A stretch of DNA of 64,000 nucleotides from Parcubacteria group bacterium GW2011_GWC2_48_17 (GTDB lineage Bacteria; Patescibacteriota; Minisyncoccia; Phycocordibacterales; UBA10002), in assembly GCA_001003605.1 (NCBI GenBank), contig LCPL01000010.1, forward strand, positions 1,528 through 65,527, written 5' to 3'. Below the pieces are notes generated by a model. It had not been told where the DNA came from, searched no databases, and saw only the letters and a list, made by a program, of their open reading frames with translations. Every line of letters begins with the position of its first letter. Position 1 is the stretch's first letter. A program made the translations under genes and the position numbers. Below, one piece after another: positions 6,650-14,571 of the stretch.

Positions 6650-7735
6650 ATGGTCACGGTTTACATTGAAACAAAAGATGCTCAGGAACTCACTCCCTCG
6701 CTCGTGTTCTGGCCGAATTTCAAGTTTGAGATTTCGCCAAAGCGCCTGTTTTTGCGGGAGATTATGGAGCAGTACAAAAAGCCGTTTTTTGAGATTGTCT
6801 CGGATGTTTCTCTCGCGGACTTTGTTGCGGCGCCATATGAATATTTTGAGATGCTCCGATATGCTCCGGCGTATCTAAAGCGCGTTTACGCGCTTGCACA
6901 GTCAGCAAATAAAAAGGTCTTACTTTTTGATTATTCGGACCACGTCGATAAGAGCATACAAATCCCAGACCACGCGATTTTATTCCGCGTCTCTTGCTAC
7001 AGACATCACAAAAAGCATAACGAAATCATCATGCCGTATTTCGTGGAGGATATGCGTGCGAGCTATGCCATCGAGCCAAAAGGAAAAAGCGAATCGTGCG
7101 TCGTAGGATATTGCGGTCAATCACAATTTCAAAATGCTCGGCGAAAAGCGCGAGCGTCTCTCAAATGGATACTCTTTTGGGTTTTGCTTTGCGCGCGCCG
7201 CGACAAGGAGCCGCTCGTGCATAAACTCGGAACTTTTTTGCGCTCGGAGGCGCTTTCCATCCTTCGCAAGGGAGGTGTTGCAACTTCTTTTATAGAAAGG
7301 CCATTTTATTCTTTGCATCGTTCTACCATGCCGCTTGACCCGCGTGAAGTGCGCCACGAGTATGTGGAGAATCTGCGCGAGTGCGACCTCGCACTCTCTG
7401 TCAGGGGCGGCGCTAATGCCTCACAGCGATTTTACGAAACACTTAGCGCGTCGCGGATTCCGCTTTTTCTCGATACCGACTGCGTCTTGCCGCTTGAAGA
7501 GATTATTCAGTATGATGAGGTACTGCTTCGGGTGCTTTCGCGCGAACTATCTACGCTTTCGGAACGCGCTTCTGCGTGGTTTACAATTCAGTCACCTGAA
7601 TCATTTCTTCTGCGTGAAAAACGCGCGCGGAAACTCTATGATGAATACCTTCGCCTCGACAAGTATTTTGCAATAGTGTTTGACAGCAGAATAAGCCCGT
7701 ACCGAAATCTTTTACTTACTAAGCTGGAAGAGTGA
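6650..7735 (+). CDS. Exostosin-like (GT47) glycosyltransferase
   Basis: ALSVRGGANASQRFYETLSASRIPLFLDTDCVLP. Confidence 0.75.
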   Translation: MVTVYIETKDAQELTPSLVFWPNFKFEISPKRLFLREIMEQYKKPFFEIVSDVSLADFVAAPYEYFEMLRYAPAYLKRVYALAQSANKKVLLFDYSDHVDKSIQIPDHAILFRVSCYRHHKKHNEIIMPYFVEDMRASYAIEPKGKSESCVVGYCGQSQFQNARRKARASLKWILFWVLLCARRDKEPLVHKLGTFLRSEALSILRKGGVATSFIERPFYSLHRSTMPLDPREVRHEYVENLRECDLALSVRGGANASQRFYETLSASRIPLFLDTDCVLPLEEIIQYDEVLLRVLSRELSTLSERASAWFTIQSPESFLLREKRARKLYDEYLRLDKYFAIVFDSRISPYRNLLLTKLEE

Positions 7736-7790
7736 CCATTTAACAGAGAATAGTTATAGTATACGCAATTAACGATAACAACCTTGCAAA

Positions 7791-9122
7791 ATGGCGATAC
7801 TACCAGAAGAATTCCGTTCTCTTATAAACGCTAGACAATCCATCCGCTTTTTCGACAATGCGCGGACGATTCCCACGGATGTGATTGAAGCGATTATTGA
7901 CGATGCCCAGCAATCTCCGAATGACTGCAATCACCAGAGTTGGAAATTTGTCGTCGTAACCGACCACGCTCTTAAAGAGAGATTAGTGGACGCAGCCGGC
8001 AGCTGCGAACCCGCTAAACGCGCGTCGGTGCTTATTGTGCCACTTATAGAATCAGGGTGGAATCATAACAAGTTCTCAATCATACAGACTCTCGCGGCGG
8101 CGACTCACACGCTCATACTTTCCGCGAAGACGCGCGGAATTGAAAGCGTATGGATGGCCGGTATTGGGAATGTGGAGACGATACGAAAACTCTTACATAT
8201 TCCGCCCGCGTACATAATAGATTGCTTCGTTGGTCTTGGGTATGCAAAAGCAGAGCAGATGCCGTGGCCAAAAGCGCCGCGGCAGCCAGTAAAGAAAATC
8301 TGCTCGTTTAATCGTTTTGCGTTTGACCCGGATACCACCTACCCGCTTAAAAAATCAACCAAGTATGATTTTTGGAAAATCAGCAATCAGCGCAATCCGT
8401 ACGCTCTTTGGCATCCGAGGGATTGGACCATACGGCAAATCGCCTTTTTTCGCGGCAACGCGGTCTGGGCCAATTCTCCTTCGCCGACGCTTCACAAAAG
8501 CAGACGCTTGTCGCCGGAGTTTGACAAGGAAATAGAGTTCGCTTCTGCTCATCTTAAGGTCGGCAAGACACTCATCATGCTTCCGTATTCCGGAGCATAT
8601 TCCGCCGCGCTACTCAAAGAGGTTCCTGATGCGCTCATCACTCACTTTGAGCTTTCAGAGAATCACGAACCGATTATCAGAAAGAGAATGAAAGAAGAAG
8701 GAATCACGAATGAAATTCCATTTATTGCGGATGATGAGCTAAGTATCGCGCTTCCCGACAATTCTTTTGACAATGTACTCATTTTTCAAGGACTTGAAAT
8801 ATTGCCGGAGCCTTCGCGGCTTATCAAAGAAACAGAGCGCCTGCTTAAAATGAACGGACGCCTCTTCATAACCTGCCGCAACAAATGGTCGTGGTTTTTT
8901 CTCAAATTCTTGTGGGTGACCAAAAAGGAAACGGTGTGGAACTTCGGCCCATACTGGCCGCTTTCGCCGACGAAACTTAGAGGTATGCTACGCGATAAAT
9001 TTACAGGTAACTTTCTGGGAATCTCACCCCTCCCGAGACACATCGGAAGGCATGTCAAAAAATGGCCGTTTAATTACTTTTCCCGCCTCATCGTCTTCAT
9101 TGGCGAAAGAACTAAGATATGA
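7791..9122 (+). CDS. Nitroreductase domain fused to a methyltransferase-like domain
   Basis: RQSIRFF..SPNDCNHQSWKFVVV..GIESVW at the N-terminus; LPDNSFDNV..ERLLKMNGRL at the C-terminus. Confidence 0.75.
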   Translation: MAILPEEFRSLINARQSIRFFDNARTIPTDVIEAIIDDAQQSPNDCNHQSWKFVVVTDHALKERLVDAAGSCEPAKRASVLIVPLIESGWNHNKFSIIQTLAAATHTLILSAKTRGIESVWMAGIGNVETIRKLLHIPPAYIIDCFVGLGYAKAEQMPWPKAPRQPVKKICSFNRFAFDPDTTYPLKKSTKYDFWKISNQRNPYALWHPRDWTIRQIAFFRGNAVWANSPSPTLHKSRRLSPEFDKEIEFASAHLKVGKTLIMLPYSGAYSAALLKEVPDALITHFELSENHEPIIRKRMKEEGITNEIPFIADDELSIALPDNSFDNVLIFQGLEILPEPSRLIKETERLLKMNGRLFITCRNKWSWFFLKFLWVTKKETVWNFGPYWPLSPTKLRGMLRDKFTGNFLGISPLPRHIGRHVKKWPFNYFSRLIVFIGERTKI

Positions 9123-10795
9123 GTGACCTAACACAAGTAAAAGCGCTCATTTCAAAAGGCGCGGAGTATCTATACCAAACCCGCGTCTGCGACGAAGACC
9201 ATCTTCCTCATGGGCGGAGGGCTTATGTGTGGCCTCTTCTTAACTGGCTTTACAAGCATGACGGGAATAAAGAGTGGGTGAAGAAGGCAGAAATAGTTGC
9301 CGATGAACTAGATCCTACCGTACGACACAATCCTTCTGGCGAGATGGTAATCTTTCCCGGACTTCATCATCGCCGTAATTATTCAACGAACGCGATAGAT
9401 TGCGGAACCTTCGTTGATTCGTTTTTTGATTTTAAAGAGCTTCAACGCGGTACTCCACACCCGCTTGATGCAAAAGTAAATGAAGTAGCCACTAATTATA
9501 TTCTTAAGAAAATAACTGGCCATAAAGACGTGCACGACCAATACCTTTGGGCGGCAACGGGCCTCGCGCGTTTTCTTGCCGAACTTGAAGAAGATGCAAA
9601 GACAAGCGAATACAAGAAGGCACTCGAGAACACGCTGGACTTTTGGCTGGGACTTAACGAAGAAGACGGATACTCTCCGTATATGCAAAGCGATAAATTC
9701 ATGGGCGGTCTCACCCCATACTATTTTTCAAGACGCATCGCGTTTAGCTGGTACATTCTTGAAAAGGCCAAATTGAGAAGGCCGGATATTGAGGAAAAGC
9801 TCCTGACGTCGGCGCATTTTTTAGCAAGACTTTTGAGGCCGGACGGAGTTAAAGAAATGCGTCTTGAAGCGAAGCGTTATTATTTTTGGGGCGAGTTTGA
9901 AGCTGACAGCCACCCCTTTGACCTGTACGTCTTTTATAAGAGCTATGAGAAGGCAAAAGATGAGTTTTGGCTGGACGCTTCCGCCGCGTCTTTTCGGCAG
10001 CTTTTGAAAGCTCAAATACCAAACGGAGCGATACGAAGCCGTACGTCCACTCAAGGCCTTCAAGATTGGCAGTGCGATACCATGCGGACGGGACACTTAG
10101 CGTGGCTCGCGCGGCTTCCGGATGAATATCTCTCCGAGATTTCAAATCGGAAAGTTCGACCTATTCGCACTCCGTACCGATTCAACAAAGCTTCTCCGAG
10201 TGAACGCGTACTGCTCATCGGGAACGCGGAGCGCTGGGTTCATTTTGTGACAAGGAAAGGGCAGATTGCCGGGTATGCCGGCGAACGCGTCTCCGGCTTG
10301 GCGCTACCATCCGGAAGCAACATCAATAACTTGCGCAGTCCGTGCCTTTTCCACTATCGTTCGCGCGGCAATCCGCTCCTCTTCTTTAGGCATAACCGGC
10401 CCGCGCTCATCGAAACGTTTAAGTACGCCTTATTTCACTCGTGGGACTGCTTTATGCACAAGAGGCATGTTAAGCTTGCATTCGCATTCCTTAAAGACGG
10501 CCTTTTTGGATATCTTTTCATCGGGTTTTTTACGAGAAGCACGGAGTTTCCCACGGAGATTTCAGGCCTTACTGTCGGCGCAAACTTCATCCGTCACGAC
10601 CTCACGCTCTCCGATATGAGCGGAAATCAAAAAGAGATAATCGGCAGGCGTGAAATACTCTGGGATGAAAAGGCGGTTATAAGCATCAAAGATACCCTTA
10701 CTGTTTCGACTCCGCTCAATCTCACGCATCAAGACGGAGTCACTCGCGTCCATGGTCCAAAAGTAATCCAGTTGACTTATTTACTTGGCGGTTAA
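9119..10795 (+). CDS. Hypothetical protein, possible alpha/alpha-toroid carbohydrate-acting enzyme
   Basis: 558-aa ORF with ATGA overlap to the upstream gene; AQIPNGAI and NEEDGY helix-loop repeats; function unassigned. Confidence 0.55.
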   Translation: MSDLTQVKALISKGAEYLYQTRVCDEDHLPHGRRAYVWPLLNWLYKHDGNKEWVKKAEIVADELDPTVRHNPSGEMVIFPGLHHRRNYSTNAIDCGTFVDSFFDFKELQRGTPHPLDAKVNEVATNYILKKITGHKDVHDQYLWAATGLARFLAELEEDAKTSEYKKALENTLDFWLGLNEEDGYSPYMQSDKFMGGLTPYYFSRRIAFSWYILEKAKLRRPDIEEKLLTSAHFLARLLRPDGVKEMRLEAKRYYFWGEFEADSHPFDLYVFYKSYEKAKDEFWLDASAASFRQLLKAQIPNGAIRSRTSTQGLQDWQCDTMRTGHLAWLARLPDEYLSEISNRKVRPIRTPYRFNKASPSERVLLIGNAERWVHFVTRKGQIAGYAGERVSGLALPSGSNINNLRSPCLFHYRSRGNPLLFFRHNRPALIETFKYALFHSWDCFMHKRHVKLAFAFLKDGLFGYLFIGFFTRSTEFPTEISGLTVGANFIRHDLTLSDMSGNQKEIIGRREILWDEKAVISIKDTLTVSTPLNLTHQDGVTRVHGPKVIQLTYLLGG

Positions 10796-10816
10796 TTTAT
10801 CAAGCATTTTGTACAG

Positions 10817-10850
10817 TTAGCATTTGCTCACGGCCGTGAGCAAATGCTAA
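10817..10850. repeat. Perfect 34-bp palindrome, copy 2 of the TTAGCATTTGCTC family
   Basis: TTAGCATTTGCTCACGG|CCGTGAGCAAATGCTAA. Confidence 0.9.
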
Positions 10851-10913
10851 ATTGAAGAAAAAGCCGTTTGATCATTTCTGGAAAAAGCAGGTTTTGTAAT
10901 TCACCGCAACAAT

Positions 10914-12050
10914 ATGGAACAACAGCGAATCTTCTACATAGCCAACATACGTTTTCCAACCGAGCGCGCGCACGGTATTCAGGTCGCGAAGATGTGCGAA
11001 GCATTTGCTCAAAACGGAGCAAAAGTTACACTTCTCGTTCCAAGCAGAAAGACCATTTCTGATGACCCTTTTTCCTATTACGGAATTGAACGCAACTTTG
11101 AAATTGAGAGAGTACCGGTTCCAGATGTCGTGAAATTCGGTATAGTGGGTTTTCTCATCGAATCGTTTTTATTCGCTCGGCGCGCCGCGAAGCGCGCCAA
11201 GAAAGAGACGAACGCGATTGTCTATACGCGTGAAGAGTTGCCGCTCCTATTTCTGCCGCGCCAAAGCGCGTTTTACGAAGCACATCAACTACGGAGAAGT
11301 TTCTTCCTTCGCCTGCTTTTTAAGCGTGCCAAAGGAATGATTTCAATCTCTCAAGGTCTCAAAGACGCGCTCGTCGAGGCTGGATATCCGAAAAGGAAAA
11401 TACTCGTTGCGCATGACGGCTACGATGAAAAGAAATTTTCCGTATCGGCAACCAAAGAAGAAGCTCGTAAGAAACTCTCACTTCCCGAAGATAAGAAAAT
11501 TGCGATGTATATTGGCGGGCTGGAACCATGGAAAGGAGCGGAGACACTGTGCAAGGCGGCAACATATTTGGTAAAAGACGACATTCTCACAGTAATAATC
11601 GGTGGAACAGATGAAGAAGTAAAAAGACTTCAGCCGAAATATCCCTGTGTTCGATTTTTAGGCGCTCGTCCGTATCGTGAGCTTCCGGTGAACCAACAGG
11701 CCGCGGATATCTTGGTAGTACCAAATTCGGCGATGTCAGAGATTGGTAGCAGATTTACCTCTCCATTAAAACTTTTCGCTCACATGGCGTCTGGGGTCGC
11801 TCTCGCCACCGCAAATGTCCCGGCACTCAAAGAAGTTGCTCTGCCAACGCAGGCGTTCATGTTTTTGTCGGACGACCCCCAAAATCTTGCCGATGTCATA
11901 AGGAGAGCTTTGTCGTCAGAATGTGTATCGGAACGGCTGTCAAAAGCCGCGGAAGCCAAGAAACGAGCGAGAGATTTTACATGGGACAGACGAGCTAAAA
12001 ATGTGCTAGCGTATATGAAATCATGTCTAAAACAAAAAGAGTCCTCATAA
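10914..12050 (+). CDS. GT4 glycosyltransferase
   Basis: RFPTERAHGIQV, KG, TSPLKLFAHMASG, FTWDRRA. Confidence 0.88.
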   Translation: MEQQRIFYIANIRFPTERAHGIQVAKMCEAFAQNGAKVTLLVPSRKTISDDPFSYYGIERNFEIERVPVPDVVKFGIVGFLIESFLFARRAAKRAKKETNAIVYTREELPLLFLPRQSAFYEAHQLRRSFFLRLLFKRAKGMISISQGLKDALVEAGYPKRKILVAHDGYDEKKFSVSATKEEARKKLSLPEDKKIAMYIGGLEPWKGAETLCKAATYLVKDDILTVIIGGTDEEVKRLQPKYPCVRFLGARPYRELPVNQQAADILVVPNSAMSEIGSRFTSPLKLFAHMASGVALATANVPALKEVALPTQAFMFLSDDPQNLADVIRRALSSECVSERLSKAAEAKKRARDFTWDRRAKNVLAYMKSCLKQKESS

Positions 12051-12886
12051 CCGGCTCGAGCGGCTTTACAGGGAGGCACCTTGTCGCGTTCTTATCACAG
12101 GACGCGTCTTTGGAACTGCACCTTGCCGACCGCACTTCACCAAAATCGCCGCACTCTCGCTTCCACGCATGTGATGTATCAGAGGCTTTACTTGCGGCAC
12201 AGCTCGTCGCAAAAACGAAACCCTACGAAATCTATCACCTCGTCGGGAGCTATACGAACGACTATGACACGGATTACGTTTCAAATGTGGTAACCACGGA
12301 AAACATTCTTGACGCCGTTCGCGCGTCCGGCATGAAAACAAGAATTCTTCTTGTCGGGAGTTCGGCTGAATACGGATTTCCCATTGACCCAAACAAGGCG
12401 ATAGCGGAAGGCCATCCATGCAACCCGGTTTCCATCTACGGACTCGTGAAGCTATTTGCGACCGCGCTCATGGGAACATACGTTCGCTTGTACGGCATGA
12501 ACATTGTCGCGGTGCGGCCGTTCAATCTTTTCGGGAGCGGCATATCGGAGCGGCTTTTCGCGGGGAAAATGGAACAGGATATTACAAGGTATAGGCGCGG
12601 TGAAATAAGGGAAATTATCACTGGCGATTTAAACGTCGAGCGCGACTACATTGATATTGAGGAGGCAATCAAGTACTATTCCGCGGTGATGCAAAAGGGA
12701 AAGACCGGCGAAGTGTATAATATAGGAAGCGGAAAAAGCATCCCGCTCCGCGCCCTTCTTAAACGCATGCTTGCAGAGAATAACCTCTCGTTCAAATGCG
12801 TAAAAGAAGGTACGCATATTGTTCCGGGGAAAATAGTCGTCCCCAAAATATTCGCGGATATAAGCAAACTAAAACAACTAACCTAA
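12023..12886 (+). CDS. NAD-dependent epimerase/reductase (Rmd-like)
   Basis: ITGSSGFTG, GSSAEYG, YGLVK, RPFN. Confidence 0.85.
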   Translation: MSKTKRVLITGSSGFTGRHLVAFLSQDASLELHLADRTSPKSPHSRFHACDVSEALLAAQLVAKTKPYEIYHLVGSYTNDYDTDYVSNVVTTENILDAVRASGMKTRILLVGSSAEYGFPIDPNKAIAEGHPCNPVSIYGLVKLFATALMGTYVRLYGMNIVAVRPFNLFGSGISERLFAGKMEQDITRYRRGEIREIITGDLNVERDYIDIEEAIKYYSAVMQKGKTGEVYNIGSGKSIPLRALLKRMLAENNLSFKCVKEGTHIVPGKIVVPKIFADISKLKQLT

Positions 12887-12890
12887 TCCC

Positions 12891-13388
12891 ATGGACAAGT
12901 CAAAGACCAAAGTAGAATTTTGCAAGTTTCCAGACTTTATTGATAAAGAAGGTAGCATTCGTTTAGAGCCGATTGGAAGAGCGAAAAACACGGTTAAGAA
13001 ACCAACACTCACTGGTTGGAAAAATCTTACCACCGAGATTGCGGTTGATAAACGATATACCAAAGGCCTAGATGGCATTGAAGATTACTCACATGTGATT
13101 ATTGTTTATTGGATGGGGGCAGAGACAGAATGTCATCTTAAACATCACCCGCAAGGAAGATCGGATGTGCCATACGGAGGAATTTTTGCTTGTCGTTGCC
13201 CGCAACGGCCAAACCGGATTGCGATTTCTACTGTAAAGTTGCTTTCAAGAAAAAGGAATACTATCAAAGTAAGAGGATTGGATATTCTTGACGGCACTCT
13301 TATCTTGGATATCAAACCATACACTCCTAACTATGATGTGGTAAACAAAGCAAGAGTTCCCGCGTGGGTTGGTCGGTTGGTTTTTTGA
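12891..13388 (+). CDS. trmO: TrmO/TsaA (YaeB) family SAM-binding protein, single domain
   Basis: GLDGIEDYSHVIIVYW, GIFACRCPQRPNRIAIS, GLDILDGTLILDIKPY. Confidence 0.85.
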   Translation: MDKSKTKVEFCKFPDFIDKEGSIRLEPIGRAKNTVKKPTLTGWKNLTTEIAVDKRYTKGLDGIEDYSHVIIVYWMGAETECHLKHHPQGRSDVPYGGIFACRCPQRPNRIAISTVKLLSRKRNTIKVRGLDILDGTLILDIKPYTPNYDVVNKARVPAWVGRLVF

Positions 13389-13419
13389 CTTGTATTAGAT
13401 GAATTAGGTAATTTCTATC

Positions 13420-14352
13420 ATGCGCACGCTTACCGTCATCGCACCGGTCTACAACGAAGAGGAGGTCATCCTCGATTTTTACCGCGAGCTTAAAAAAGAG
13501 CTAGAAGGCCTTTCTGGATACCGGACTACCATACTTTTTTCAGTCGGCCGAGGTACGGATAAGACGCTAAAGATTTTGAAAGAAGTGGCCGAGAAGGATA
13601 GAGCAGTACGCGTACTGTATCTTTCTGCTCGGTGCGGACATCAAATGCAGCTTCTCGCCGGCATTGACCACGCGGATACAGATGCGGTGATTATGATGGA
13701 TTCGGATTTACAGCACCCCCCTTCTCTTATTCAGAAACTCCTCCTTGAGTTCGAGAAAGGAAATGACGTCGTCTATACAGTGAGAGAAGAAACTTTGAAC
13801 CAACCCGTTCTGCGAAAACTTTGTTCCGACATATTTTATTCCGTCTTAAATCGCATTTCCGATGTTCATATAAGCGGCAATGCCGCCGACTTTAGACTCA
13901 TATCGCGCCGCGTTGGAGACGTGCTTAAAAAAGATATAAGAGAGCGTAGTATGTTTCTACGAGGCATAGTGCCGTGGATCGGCTTTAATCAGACCGCGGT
14001 GCCGTTTGTCGCCAGTCCACGCCGCGCCGGAGTGAGCAAATATTCTCTTCCTCGCTTAATTACCTTTGGGCTTTCCGGCGTGGTTTCGTTCAGCAGAAAA
14101 CCACTTCGGATTACCATTCTCGCGGGTCTCCTCTTCGCTCTGTTTGGATTTCTCTATGCCCTGTTTACCATTGTCCAGTATTTGGTTCTCGACTCCCTTC
14201 CTTCCGGCTACGCGACGCTCGTTGTTCTTCTTTCAGTGTTCGGCGGGTTGCAGCTCATCTTCCTCGGCATCATCGGAGAATATGTCGGCGCGATTTTCGA
14301 TGAAGTGAAGAAGCGACCGCACTATATCGTGGACGAAAAGATTAACTTCTAA
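13420..14352 (+). CDS. GT2 polyprenol-phosphate glycosyltransferase (GtrB/ArnC-like)
   Basis: PVYNEE, MDSDLQHPP, DFRL, two C-terminal TM helices, GIIGEY, KKRPHY. Confidence 0.9.
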   Translation: MRTLTVIAPVYNEEEVILDFYRELKKELEGLSGYRTTILFSVGRGTDKTLKILKEVAEKDRAVRVLYLSARCGHQMQLLAGIDHADTDAVIMMDSDLQHPPSLIQKLLLEFEKGNDVVYTVREETLNQPVLRKLCSDIFYSVLNRISDVHISGNAADFRLISRRVGDVLKKDIRERSMFLRGIVPWIGFNQTAVPFVASPRRAGVSKYSLPRLITFGLSGVVSFSRKPLRITILAGLLFALFGFLYALFTIVQYLVLDSLPSGYATLVVLLSVFGGLQLIFLGIIGEYVGAIFDEVKKRPHYIVDEKINF

Positions 14353-14373
14353 TTCTCCTGACCTCAAACAAAG

Positions 14374-14554
14374 CCCAAAGCACAGTGTCCAAAAACCCAA
14401 ACAATGAAGACAAACTACCAAAAACACAGTTCATAAAGACCCAAAATGGAAGTCGGCAGGGTCAATGTCGGCACCTGTGGACGGGATGAGTTTGTGTTTT
14501 GAGGATTTGTGCAGTTTGTTTGGACTTTGTGTACTGTGTTTTGTGAAGTTTAAT
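14374..14554. repeat. AC-rich/GT-rich quasi-palindromic intergenic element, copy A
   Basis: 25-bp and 51-bp blocks identical to 32396-32420 and 32467-32517. Confidence 0.88.
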
Positions 14555-14571
14555 GTAGGTAATTACTAAGT

